64,000 nt of DNA, taken from Thermoanaerobaculaceae bacterium (lineage in GTDB: Bacteria > Acidobacteriota > Thermoanaerobaculia > Multivoradales > UBA5704). The DNA lies in contig CAWAUI010000004.1 in the NCBI GenBank assembly GCA_963785165.1, positions 13,321 to 77,320 of the forward strand. The letters run 5' to 3'. A program made the position numbers and the translations under genes. Below the pieces are notes generated by a model. It saw nothing but the letters and a program-made list of their open reading frames with translations, had not been told where the DNA came from and made no database searches. This document shows positions 52,898-63,443 of the stretch, piece after piece (within the stretch, counting starts at the first letter, position 1; the number at the start of each line of letters is the position of its first letter).

Positions 52898-55863
52898 ATG
52901 GGCAGAGGCAGCTCTACGCGTTTCACACTCGCCTTGATCATGCTGCTGGCGATGGCCGTCCCGGCCGTCGCGCAGCTGCAGACGGGCGATCTCTACGGCA
53001 CGGTCACCGATGAGCAAGGGCAGGCGCTCCCTGGGGTGACGATTACCCTGACGGGAGTGGCTGCGCCCCAGGTGCAGGTGACCGACGAAGGGGGGAGCTT
53101 CAGGTTCCTCAATCTCTATCCCGGGAGCTACGCCGTCAAGGCGGAGCTCCAGGGCTTCTCCGACATTGAATACCCCGATGTCGCGATCCGGGTTGGCGGT
53201 AAGGCTGACCTCCGGATCACCCTGAGCTCCGCCGTCACGGACACGATCACCGTCACGGGGGAGAGCCCCCTGCTCGACGAACGGCGGGTCAACCAGGGCT
53301 CCAACGTCTCCACCGTGGAGCTCGACAAGGTGCCCACGGCCCGCGACCCCTGGTCGCTGCTGAGCCAGGCCCCCGGCGTGCTGGTGGACCGCATCAACGT
53401 CGGCGGCAACGAGAGCGGCCAGCAGTCCACCTTCCTCGGGATGGGCTCGAACGGCCGGGACAACACCTTCGCCATCGACGGCGTCATCCTCACCGACATG
53501 AACGCGGTGGGCGGCTCGCGCCACGTACTTCGACTTCGGCGCCTTCGAGGAGGTGCAGTTCACGGTCTCCTCCTCGGACGTCACCATCGCCACCTCGGGC
53601 GTCACCATCAACCAGGTCACCAAGCGCGGCACCAACGAGTGGCGCGGCGCGGCCCGGTACCTGAAGACCGACGGCGAGTACCAGTCCGACCCCTTCCGGC
53701 CCAACGGCAACCGGATCGACGCCGTGGAGGAGTACGGCGCGGACATCGGCGGCCCCGTGGTCAAGGACCACCTGTGGGCGTGGGCCGCCTACGGCGAGAG
53801 CGACATCAACAACCTCGTTCCGAGCCCGGGCAATGACCCGACCGACGCGGCGGACCAGCTCGACCGGACGAAGCTCGAAGACTTGAACACCAAGCTCAAC
53901 TTCCAGCTCGGGGCCAGCAACTCGGGCGTGCTTCACTACTGGACCAACGACAAGCTCAAGTACGGCCGCGGCGCCAGCCTCCGGCGTTCCCCTGAGACGA
54001 CCTGGGACCAGACCACGCCGCAGGACATCTACAAGGTCGAAGACACCTGGATCGCCAGCCCGGACCTGGTCTTCACGGCCCTGGCTTCGCGGGATGACGG
54101 CATCTTCACCCTGTCTCCCAAGGGCGGGCTGGACGCCGACATCTTCGTCGACGAATTCAACGTGCGCCGCGGCACCTGGCTCGACTTCACCCAGGACGCC
54201 ATCATCGACCAGTACCGGGCGGACGGCAGCTACTTCTTCAATGCGGGACCGACCGACAACCAACTCAAGTTCGGCGGCAGCTACCGCACCCAGCAGAACG
54301 AGTCCTCCACGGTCTGGCCGGGTGGCAAGCTCATCTGGGCGGGCAACCTCTACGGGCTCGACGAGGGCGAGGCGGCCGTCGGCTTCCAGCGCGACCGCCA
54401 GATCGCCATCGACTCCACCTACGAGTCGGCCTGGCTGCAGGACACCATCACCCGCGACCGCTGGACGATCAACGCCGGCCTCCGTTACGACCGTCAGTAC
54501 CTGGAGAACAAGGCGGTCTCCGACGGCGGCAACCCGGAGGCTCCGGGCGTCGAGCCCGGCGCGCCGCCGCTCATCCCGGCCATCGACTTCCCGGGCAACG
54601 ACGCCGGCGGCTTCGAGTGGACCACGGTGGTCCCCCGCGTCGGCATCACGTACGCCATGGGTGAGAAGCGCAACGCCCTGCTGCGCGCCACCTTCTCACG
54701 CTACGCCGAGCAGCTCGGCCAGCTCCCGCTGGCCAACCGGGTCAGCCCGCTGGGCTACAGCTACGCCTACTTCTACTTCGTGGACGCCAACAACAACCTG
54801 CGCCTCGACGACGCCGAGCGCGCCTCCTTGCGGTTCGCCTATTCCGTGGGCATCAACGAGAACAACCCGGCGTCGCTGACCTCGCCCAACGTCAACGACA
54901 AGAACTTGAGCCCCACGCTCACCGACGAGCTCACCTTCGGCTACGAGCGGAGCTTCGGCGCCAACTTCGTCTCCGGGGTCACCCTGACCTACCGCAACGT
55001 CCACGACATCCCGGAGATCCGCCTCCTGGTGGAAGACGACGCCACGGGCCAGATCCGCCAGGCGACCCGGAACGACTACGTCCTCTCCGGAGCCCTCGGC
55101 TGCGAGCCGGATTCCGACCCCAGCTTCGGCAACTGCACGCTGCCCAACGGGGAGACGGTCGCGCCGTTCCCCGTCTACGACCTGCGGTCGGGCTTGAGCC
55201 TCCGTCGGCGGCTTCTACACCAACGGCGACCGCGAGCAGGACTACCTGGGGGCCACGTTCTCCTTCACGCGCCGGCTGGTCAACAACTGGAGCCTGCGCG
55301 GCCACCTCACCTACGCCGACTGGAAGTGGAAGATCGGCGACGAGTACAAGCTCCACGACGATCCGACCAACGTCATCTCGGACGACCTGGGCTTCTCGGA
55401 CGACGACGACCTGTACCTGGAAGCCGGCGGCACCGGCAAGGGGAACTCCTACATCAACAGCCGCTGGAACTTCAACTTCGCCGGCGTCTACCAAGTCAAG
55501 CCCGAGCGCCCCTGGGGCTTCAGCGTGGCCGCCAGCGTCACGGGCCGTGAGGGGTACGCCTCGCCGACGTTCGTCTCGGTGGGCTCGGACAACGGCCTCG
55601 GCCAGCGCAGCGTCCAGCTCACGGACGACCTCGACGAGTTCCGCACCTCCGACATCTACCTTCTCGACGCCCGCATCGACAAGGACTTCGTCTTCGGCGA
55701 CTTCACCCTGAACGTCGGCCTCGACGGCTTCAACCTCACCAACGAGCACTACCTGCTCCAGCGGGAACGCGACGCCTTCGCAGACCGGAGCGTCCGCTAC
55801 CAGACCACCGAAGTGCTGAGCCCGCGCGTGTTCCGCCTGGGCGCCACGCTCCGGTTCCGGTAA
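52898..55863 (+). CDS. TonB-dependent receptor, Oar-like (frameshifts near 53520 and 55200)
   Basis: GTVTDEQGQALPGVTITL N-domain, PTARDPWSLL plug, NAGLRYD, terminal PRVFRLGATLRFR. Confidence 0.92.
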
Positions 55864-55879
55864 TCCCCCACAACCCCTG

Positions 55880-55906
55880 CCTCCTCTCCCCTCTAGGGAG
55901 AGGAGG
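55880..55906. terminator. Hairpin between convergent genes, overlapping the DJ-1 gene stop
   Basis: cctcctctccc-ctcta-gggagaggagg. Confidence 0.55.
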
Positions 55907-56748
55907 TGGAGGCGCTCACCGTTTCCGACTTGATCCAGCGGGGATCGGCCGGCCAGGGAATCAGCAGGCCGTGGCCGACCCCCTTGGCCACCTCGGGGCC
56001 ATAGAGCCGGTCCACCAAGTGCATTGCCACGTCGTAGCTCCTCACGCCCCCCTGAGAGGTCAGCACCTTGCCGGCGTCCACGAAGCTGACGTTGATCCGC
56101 AGGTCCACCTTCGGAAACGTCTGGGACAGTCTCTTGTAGTCGTCGGGGAAGGTCGTGGCGGCCACGCCGTCCAGCAAACCGGCCTGGGCGAGCACGAAGG
56201 CGCCGTCACAGAGCGACACCACATGCCGGGCCCGGCCACCCACCTGCCGCACCCAGTCGATCATCGCCTGGTTCTCGAGATCCTCGTCCATGCTCCCCTT
56301 GGCGCTCGGTACCACCAGCACGTCCGGCTCCGGAGACGCTCTGGAAGCCGTACGTGGGGGTGATCCGGAGCCCCTCGAACGTGGTGACCGGCTGGCCGTC
56401 CGGCGAGACCGTGAACACCTCCATCCCCGGCTGGGTATGGAATTTCGTGTGCTGGAACACGTCGTACGGGGCCGCCAGCTCGGTGTTGTAAACGCCGTCC
56501 ACCACCAGGAACGCCACCCTCAGAGGCCGGTCCGCGGGGAGGTCCGGAGCGCTCGCCGTGTCCGTCGTCCTGGGGGGCTCGGGGACCGGCGGAGGAGCGG
56601 GGACTGCCGGAGCAGGGGTGACGGCCGGGGCCGGCGAGGCTTCCGATCGTGCCGGCTCACCCTCCGGTTCCCGGGCGCGGCAGCCGGTTTCCAACAGGGG
56701 CAAAGCCAGGAGGGCAAGGGTCAGGATCAGGGGTCTGTATCGGTTCAT
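55893..56748 (-). CDS. DJ-1/PfpI family lipoprotein (frameshift near 56340)
   Basis: VAFLVVDGVYNTELAAPYDVF, SLCDGAFVLAQAGLLDG, N-terminal lipobox-like TGC. Confidence 0.88.
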
Positions 56749-56872
56749 GGCAGCTTTCTCCAGGAGCAAGAATCCGGCCAGGGAATCCCGGGAGCCGGTT
56801 TCCTTGTTTTTGATGCTTGGAACTACAATGGATCCCCGACAACAGGCCCCCGTCTTAAAAGGAGGTGCGAAA

Positions 56873-57304
56873 GTGCCCTATAGCGAGCTTCTGGTCCGGC
56901 CTATGCGTGAAGAGCTGACGAGCGCTGGTGTCAAAGAGCTGCGGACGCCCCAAGATGTGGACGCCTTCATGAACGAAAAGGATGGTACGGCGATGCTGGT
57001 CGTCAACTCCGTCTGCGGCTGCGCCGCCGGCATGGCCCGCCCGGGCGTACGGCTGGCCCTGGAAGGCGACCGCCGTCCGGACCGTGCCGCGAGCGTTTTC
57101 GCCGGCCAGGATCTCGAGGCCACGGCCAAGGCCCGGGCCTACCTCGCCGACATCCCGCCCAGCAGCCCGTCCATCGCCTTCTTCAAGGACGGCGAGCTGG
57201 TCTACTTCATGCCCCGCCACCGGATCGAGGGGCGCGACGCCCACTCCGTGGCCAACGACCTGGCGCAGGTCTTCGCCGAGCACTGCGCCGTTCCCGCCAG
57301 CTGA
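56873..57304 (+). CDS. BrxA/BrxB bacilliredoxin
   Basis: PMREELT, VVNSVCGCAAGMARPG, VFAGQD, PSSPSIAFFKDG; AAGGAGGT SD before GTG. Confidence 0.93.
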   Translation: MPYSELLVRPMREELTSAGVKELRTPQDVDAFMNEKDGTAMLVVNSVCGCAAGMARPGVRLALEGDRRPDRAASVFAGQDLEATAKARAYLADIPPSSPSIAFFKDGELVYFMPRHRIEGRDAHSVANDLAQVFAEHCAVPAS

Positions 57305-57316
57305 GGTGCTTCCGGA

Positions 57317-57589
57317 ATGGGTACCTTTCACCAGGGCAAGAGCGAGCTGCACGGGATCACCGTCGTCGTCGACACCACCGGCCCCGAGATCGTCGTCGGC
57401 CGGTGCGACGACATGGATGACCGTGGCATCTTCCTCCACGATGCCGACGTCCACCGGGACGGCGACAACGGGCGCTCCAAGGAGGATTACGTCCGCCGCG
57501 CCTCCCAGCTCGGGGTGTGGAAGAAGCACGACCACCTGATGATTCCGCGGGAACGGATCGCGTCCGTCCGGAAGCTCGGCGAGGTCTGA
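57317..57589 (+). CDS. Small hypothetical protein, possibly Sm/LSm-like fold
   Basis: 90 aa, HGITVVVDT...VVGR...IFLHDADVH...LMIPRERIASV beta pattern. Confidence 0.6.
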   Translation: MGTFHQGKSELHGITVVVDTTGPEIVVGRCDDMDDRGIFLHDADVHRDGDNGRSKEDYVRRASQLGVWKKHDHLMIPRERIASVRKLGEV

Positions 57590-57593
57590 GGCC

Positions 57594-58956
57594 TCACCGC
57601 ACCAGGTAGAACTGATCCTGGCGCCGGTACACCCACCGGCGCTCCCCCTTCTCATCCAGATACGCCTCCTCCTCCTGCCGGCAGGGGAGCCTGCGGCCGT
57701 TCCATTCCGGAATGGCGGAGGTGGCCTGGAGCTCGATCGAAAACCAGGTGTCCGGCCGGATCGCGAGGTCGCCCCGCACGGGTACGCCCTCCTGCCGGTC
57801 CCAGAGGCCGATCAGGGGGCCGGCGCCGTGGCCGTGGTCGCCGATGGGGTGGGTGTAGAGGGTGCCGTCGATCCCCTCCCGGGTCATGGCCGCGCGGGCG
57901 GCCTTGAGCGCCTCGTTGCCGGTGCGGCCGGGGCGCATCTCGGCGAGCACGATGTCCTGGAGGCGGTTGCGAGGTGGCGATGCAGGCCTGGAGGCCCGCC
58001 GGGGGAGCGGTTTCGCCGGCCTTCAACACGTAGCCCAGGTGCTGGGTGTCCGTGTGGAGGTTCATGGCGATGACGCCGAAGTCCACCCACAGGGCGTCGC
58101 CCCTCTGAATGACCCCCCGGTCCCAATCGGTCTCCGCCCCCGCGCGCTCCACGTGGGGCTGGAACCAGACCGTCATCCCCAGCTCCTGCACCCGCTGCCG
58201 CAGCCACCACTCGACGTCGTCCACCGTGGTCACGCCGGGCTTCACGACCTCGTTCGAGAAGGCCGTGGTGATGAGGGAATGCACGGTCTCCTGGATCTCC
58301 CGGTAGCGGGGCATCATCTCGGGGATGCGCGTGCCGATGTACTCGATGCCCAGACGGGGCTCGCGCACCACCCGCTTGAGCAGCTCCGGCCCCAGCGCCG
58401 CTTCCAGCGCTTCCCGCTCGCCGGAGTGGAGGCCGTCCGAGAAGGCGTGCACGGGATCGACGTTCAAGGCGATCTTTTTGGGATTGGCCTTCTCCACGAG
58501 CTGGCGCAGGAGCCGCCACTGGTCGTCTCCCACCAGCTCGGCACCCTGGACCGGCGGGTTCGGGTCCCGGTAGATCTCGTAGAGCCCGCCCTGGTCGCCG
58601 CCGCCCAGGGCCAGCCGGGCGACCCCCTTCTCTGGACCCTGATCATGGAAGACGTAGATCGACCGCCGCCGGGCCGCGAAGGTGGTGGGCGAGACCATGG
58701 AGAAGAACACCGGGTCCTCGGCATACTCGCGCATGGAGAGGATCCAGAGATCCACCCCGTGCTCCCGCATGATCTTCGGCAACACCACCGTCAGCCTCTT
58801 CGCGAGCCACGCCTGCTGCTCCTTGGCCTGCTCGCGCAGAGAGGGGAGGGGATGGATACGGGGCGCGGGGGTCTCCGCGGCGCGGATTCCCATGGTGAGG
58901 GTCAGGACGGCCAGGACGGCGGCGGAGGCGAAGAGGAGGATGGCGCGTGGTTTCAT
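57594..58956 (-). CDS. Secreted M24 family metallopeptidase (frameshift near 57965)
   Basis: WVDFG...HTDTQH, YTHPIGDHGHGAGP, FSIELQ, EEE. Confidence 0.9.
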
Positions 58957-59011
58957 GGCCGGGGATCGTATGGGCTATGCCGTGGGGAATACAATGACCG
59001 CGAGCCGCGGA
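58947..59011. repeat. Imperfect direct repeat, left copy
   Basis: gtggtttcatggccggggatcgta...ggggaatacaatga...gagccgcgga matches 60351-60410. Confidence 0.8.
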
Positions 59012-59043
59012 TTGTTTTATACTTGCGGAAAGGAGCTTTTGCT

Positions 59044-60318
59044 ATGATCGAGCGTGCCCTTCGGTCAGCTCTTGTGTGGGCGGTCCTGGCTCTTGTAGCT
59101 GCCTCCTCGTTCGCTCAGTCCACGACGTTCTGCCATGATGCGGTTCAGTTGTGCACCGATCCAGAGGTGGGCTGTGTGGCAATTCCTACCTCCCTTCGAC
59201 CCCTGGAGACCCTTCCGACAGCGACCGACGGCTGGCTTCCGGGCGGCGTTTGCGGCACCAGATCCTGTTACATGCTTTTCCGCTGTCCCTGTGGAAATTC
59301 TCTATCCAAAAGCGTTTGCATCGAGGGCGGTGGTAGCGGAGCCTGCGACTGCGGCCCTCGGGCAGGAGGTCAGCCCTGTGAGTACTTGGTAGGGGCGCTC
59401 AATAAAATGTTGACGCGCAAGTTGCCACAAGACGGGGAAAGTCCCCCTTCGGTTCCGGCGAAGACATACCTCCCTCAAGAGGGAAGGGCTGGCCTCGACA
59501 CACCGCACCGAGAGCTCCTGAATGGTTGGCGCGAGCTCTTCCAAGGGCTTTCTTCGGTCCAACTGGAGGCTGGCGTTTGGCTCAACTTCCCTGGCCAAAA
59601 TGGAGAAGGGGAGCTTAAATATTTGGCTGCCGGACCTAAATACTGGTTGCGGGCCACGGCCGACCATCGTATGGGGCTTGCCCCGAATCTCGAGTCCGCC
59701 TATGACGGCAAGCTCTATCAGATTTTGTACCTGGACGACTCCCGCCTCTCCTTATGGCGCAAGGACCCTCGCCAGACACCTGCCCCCTTCCCCAATCCAC
59801 TCTACCTGCCAGTGTCGTTCCTCGGTCTCTCCGGGGACTCCTGCGATACTTGTGAATGGAAATCCGGCGACATTCGTGACTCTAACCGTTGGCTCCAGCG
59901 GTTGAGCATGGCCCGCACTGAGACACCTGGTTCCTTCCTGGTCCCCGGGGGGAGCCTGCACGAAAACTTCTTCTACTACCGCGTTTCGGTCGGCAACGAT
60001 GGTTTGATCGCTAAAATCGAGTCCGTCCTGTCCACCGGAAAGGTCTTCCGAGCCGTAGAATTATCCAACTATCAACAGGCAGAAGGGAGCCCACACAGAT
60101 ATCCATTCCACCTGCTTGTTTCTGCGTTCGATGAAGAAGGGAAAATCCTTGGGACTGTTCACTACATGGTGAAGGCTCTGCGATTCAATGGCCAAATGAA
60201 GTCCGAGAGTTTCACCATCTCTCAGAAAGACGCAAAAGTTATTATCGACGAAGAAGCTCCCACGTTCCTGAAGCACCCTCAGCTTGCGAAGCCGCCGGGA
60301 CGCCCCGACAGCCGATAA
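59044..60318 (+). CDS. Secreted protein with Cys-rich N-terminal domain and LolA-like beta-rich C-terminus
   Basis: SD, signal peptide (SFA-Q), 11 Cys in about 85 residues, lower-GC codon usage. Confidence 0.8.
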   Translation: MIERALRSALVWAVLALVAASSFAQSTTFCHDAVQLCTDPEVGCVAIPTSLRPLETLPTATDGWLPGGVCGTRSCYMLFRCPCGNSLSKSVCIEGGGSGACDCGPRAGGQPCEYLVGALNKMLTRKLPQDGESPPSVPAKTYLPQEGRAGLDTPHRELLNGWRELFQGLSSVQLEAGVWLNFPGQNGEGELKYLAAGPKYWLRATADHRMGLAPNLESAYDGKLYQILYLDDSRLSLWRKDPRQTPAPFPNPLYLPVSFLGLSGDSCDTCEWKSGDIRDSNRWLQRLSMARTETPGSFLVPGGSLHENFFYYRVSVGNDGLIAKIESVLSTGKVFRAVELSNYQQAEGSPHRYPFHLLVSAFDEEGKILGTVHYMVKALRFNGQMKSESFTISQKDAKVIIDEEAPTFLKHPQLAKPPGRPDSR

Positions 60319-60350
60319 CACCAGGAGGTGGGGTTCTTTGGAAGCGGTTG

Positions 60351-60410
60351 GTGGTTTCATGGCCGGGCATCGTACGCGGTCTGTCCGGGGGGATTACAAT
60401 GAGCCGCGGA
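60351..60410. repeat. Imperfect direct repeat, right copy
   Basis: gtggtttcatggccgggcatcgta...ggggattacaatgagccgcgga. Confidence 0.8.
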
Positions 60411-60434
60411 CCGAACCGTCCGTGGCCGCGGCAC

Positions 60435-60549
60435 CCCCGCCCGGGCATAAATGCCCGGGCTAGGCAGAAAAAGCCGGCTAAAGCCGACTTTTTGAGTCCC
60501 CTTCAGGGGGCTTCTTCAACGTAGCCCGGGCATTTATGCCCGGGCGGGG
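60435..60549. repeat. REP-like element with perfect 28-bp terminal inverted repeats
   Basis: ccccgcccgggcataaatgcccgggcta / tagcccgggcatttatgcccgggcgggg, with internal ggctaaagcc and ccccttcagggg hairpins. Confidence 0.85.
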
Positions 60550-60586
60550 CGGCGCGGCCACCAGCTTTCTGCACAGGAGACCCCTC

Positions 60587-60946
60587 ATGAACTGGATCTT
60601 CCTCGGCGCCTTGGGCGCCGCCCTCTCGGTCGTCGCCGGTGCCTTCGGCGCCCATGCCCTCGCGGAACGGCTCGGGCCTCGCGAGCTGCAGCTCTGGGAG
60701 ACGGCGGCCCGCTATCTCATGTACGGCTCCCTCTCGCTCGTGCTGATGGGCCTGTTCGCGTCCCCCGGCGTGCGGCGCGTGGACGCCGCCGGTTGGTGCC
60801 TGCTGGCGGGGACCGTCATCTTCAGCGGCACGGTCTTCGCCCTGGCGCTGGGCAGCCCGCGCTGGCTCGGAGCCGTCACGCCCATCGGCGGAACCCTGAT
60901 GATCGTGGGCTTCCTGCTGTTCGCCTGGGCCGCCGTCCGAACCTGA
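60587..60946 (+). CDS. DUF423 (YgdD/TMEM256) membrane protein
   Basis: AGAFGAHAL, WETAARY, IFSGTV, LGAVTPIGG. Confidence 0.93.
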   Translation: MNWIFLGALGAALSVVAGAFGAHALAERLGPRELQLWETAARYLMYGSLSLVLMGLFASPGVRRVDAAGWCLLAGTVIFSGTVFALALGSPRWLGAVTPIGGTLMIVGFLLFAWAAVRT

Positions 60947-60970
60947 CTGGAATGATAGGATTTCGCCCCT

Positions 60971-62602
60971 ATGTCGAACGCGATCTATCCCCTGGCCGTC
61001 CCCGTCAACGAGCCGGTCCGGAATTACGGGCCGGGATCCCCCGAGAAGAAATCCCTCAAGAAGCGCCTCGACGACATGTTGTCCGAGGAGATCGAGATTC
61101 CGGTCCTCATCGGCGGCAAGGAGGTGCGCACGGGCAGCACCGCCCAGGCCGTCTGCCCCCATGACCATGGCAAGGTGCTGGCCACCTACCACCAGGCGGG
61201 CGCGGCGGAAGTGGCCGCCGCGGCCGGCGCCGCCAAGGCGGCCTGGAAGGATTGGAGCGAGACGAGCTGGGAGGAGCGCGCGGCCATCCTGCTGCGGGCC
61301 GCCGACCTGCTGGCCGGCCCCTGGCGCGACACGCTCAACGCGTCCACCATGCTCAACCAGTCGAAGACCGTGCTCCAGGCCGAGATCGACTCCGCCTGCG
61401 AGATGATCGACTTCTGGCGCTTCAACCCCTACTACATGCGGACGATCTACTCGGACCAGCCCTGGTCCTCGCCGGGGGTGTGGAACCGGCTGGAGTACCG
61501 GGCGCTCGAAGGGTTCGTCTTCGCCGTGTCGCCGTTCAACTTCACCTCGATCGGCGGCAACCTGCCGACCGCGCCGGCGCTCATGGGCAACACCGTCCTG
61601 TGGAAGCCCGCCTCGACCTCGGTCTACTCCAACTACTTCGTCATGAAGCTCTTGCAGGCCGCCGGCTTCCCCGACGGAGTGATCAACTTCCTCCCCGGCA
61701 AGGCCAGCAAGGTGGGCGACCCGGTGCTCGGCCACCCCGACCTCGCGGGTATTCACTTCACGGGCTCGACGCCGGTGTTCCAGTCGATGTGGAAGACGAT
61801 CGGCGACAACATCGCCACCTACCGCTCCTACCCGCGGATCGTGGGGGAGACGGGGGGCAAGAACTTCGTCTTCGCCCACCCCTCGGCGGACGTCGAAACC
61901 TACGTGACGGCCCTGGTGCGCGGCGCCTTCGAGTACCAGGGGCAGAAGTGCTCGGCGGCCTCGCGGGCCTACGTGCCGAAGTCCCTCTGGCCGCGCGTCC
62001 AGGAGATGCTGGTCGACCAGATCAAGTCCATCCAGCAAGGCTCGCCCCTCGACTTCCGCAACTTCATGGCGGCGGTCATCGACGAGCCCTCCTTCGACCG
62101 CATCATGGGCTACGTCGAGCATGCCAAGGGCTCGGGCGACGCCGAGATCCTCACCGGCGGCAAGGGCGACAAGTCCAAGGGGTACTTCGTCGAGCCCACG
62201 GTGGTGCGGACGACCGACCCCCGCTTCAAGCTCATGCGGGAGGAGATCTTCGGCCCGGTGCTCACCGTCTACGTCTACGACGACCTGGCGCTGGAGGAGA
62301 CCCTGGAGCTGGTGGACACGGCGAGCCCGTACGCGCTGACCGGTGCCATTTTCGCCGAGGACCGCAAGGCCGTGGCGCACCTCTCGAAGGCCCTGCGCAA
62401 CGCGGCGGGGAACTTCTACGTCAACGACAAGCCGACCGGCGCCGTGGTCGGCCAGCAGCCGTTCGGCGGCGCCCGCGCCTCGGGCACCAACGACAAGGCC
62501 GGCTCGCTGGTGAACCTGCTGCGCTGGACCTCGCTGCGGGCGATCAAGGAGAGCTTCGTGCCGCCGAAGGCGTACGCCTACCCCCACATGGAGGAGAAGT
62601 AG
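60971..62602 (+). CDS. pruA: 1-pyrroline-5-carboxylate (glutamate semialdehyde) dehydrogenase
   Basis: QAEIDSACE, SPFNFTSI, GETGGKNF, FEYQGQKCSA, NDKPTGAVVGQQPFGGARASGTNDKAG. Confidence 0.96.
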   Translation: MSNAIYPLAVPVNEPVRNYGPGSPEKKSLKKRLDDMLSEEIEIPVLIGGKEVRTGSTAQAVCPHDHGKVLATYHQAGAAEVAAAAGAAKAAWKDWSETSWEERAAILLRAADLLAGPWRDTLNASTMLNQSKTVLQAEIDSACEMIDFWRFNPYYMRTIYSDQPWSSPGVWNRLEYRALEGFVFAVSPFNFTSIGGNLPTAPALMGNTVLWKPASTSVYSNYFVMKLLQAAGFPDGVINFLPGKASKVGDPVLGHPDLAGIHFTGSTPVFQSMWKTIGDNIATYRSYPRIVGETGGKNFVFAHPSADVETYVTALVRGAFEYQGQKCSAASRAYVPKSLWPRVQEMLVDQIKSIQQGSPLDFRNFMAAVIDEPSFDRIMGYVEHAKGSGDAEILTGGKGDKSKGYFVEPTVVRTTDPRFKLMREEIFGPVLTVYVYDDLALEETLELVDTASPYALTGAIFAEDRKAVAHLSKALRNAAGNFYVNDKPTGAVVGQQPFGGARASGTNDKAGSLVNLLRWTSLRAIKESFVPPKAYAYPHMEEK

Positions 62603-62991
62603 ATGCGAAGAGTCACAGGCATCGGCGGCATCTTCATGAGCGCCAAGGATCCGAAGGCGCTCTGCGATTGGTACAAGAAGCACCTCGGGATCGACGTTCA
62701 GAGCTGGGGTGGAGCCGCCTTCGACCTGGACGGACTCCGAAGGCAACCCGACCAAGGGAACCACGATCTGGTCGATCGGTCCGGCGGACGGCAAACACTT
62801 CGCGCCGAGCAAGTCGACCTTCATGGTCAACTATCGAGTCGAAGATCTGGCCGCACTTCTCGACAGCCCTGCGCGAGGAAGGTTGCGACGTGCTCGAGAA
62901 GACCGACGACTCGGAGTACGGGAAATTCGGATGGGTCATGGATCCAGAGGGCAACAAAGTCGAGCTCTGGCAACCGCCACAAGGGCAATGA
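62603..62991 (+). CDS. VOC/glyoxalase family protein (two frameshifts)
   Basis: RVTGIGGIF...WYKKHLG, FMVNYRVEDL, YGKFGWVMDPEGNKVELWQP. Confidence 0.9.
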
Positions 62992-63086
62992 AGCTCAAGG
63001 CCGGCTCCCTGGTGAACCTGCTGAGCCCTCACCAGGTCCGCGCTGAGGAGGCCGAGGGCAAGCAGCAACACGGTGAGTGTTCTCAC
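62992..63086 (-). pseudogene. Possible 5' remnant of a secreted-protein gene
   Basis: GAGG SD, GTG, then MRTLTVLLLALGLLSADLVRAQQ signal-peptide-like segment that runs into the antisense of the VOC gene. Confidence 0.4.
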
Positions 63087-63149
63087 ATCAAACCTCGCGG
63101 CGAGGCGCTCTTCGAAACTCCGGGCCGGAGACTCTGAAAAAACTCCGGA

Positions 63150-63359
63150 GCTCATTGTATTTAAGCACGAGAACATTGTTTCCCGCATTTCAAACTATGT
63201 TTCTCGGCCCTGAAACTATGTAAGTCGAGGCTGGAACTATGTAAAACCTCCGTGCCCCATCGTATTTAAGCGAGAGAACATTGTTTCCCGCACTTCAAAC
63301 TATGTTTCTCGGTGGTGAAACTATGGAAGTCGAGGCTGAAACTATGGGAAAAGCGCTGG
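63150..63359. repeat. Ten 21-bp units with RAAC-N3-GT(TT) core, organised as a 105-bp duplication
   Basis: Units start at 63150, 63171, 63192, 63213, 63234, 63255, 63276, 63297, 63318 and 63339. Confidence 0.92.
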
Positions 63360-63443
63360 GAACAAGAGGTGAGCCGTCGTCCCGGGATCAGTTGCCCGGC
63401 TCCCCGGCGGCTCGGCGCGTACGGTCAGTGTAGGTGATGGCTC

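Noticed and set aside
63150-63359. LexA boxes, or TAG-recoded heptad protein
   Set aside because: Core spacing is N3 rather than the GAAC-N4-GTTC Cheo box. The periodic TAG on the minus strand is just the repeat core, and TAG is a normal stop for many genes in the window.
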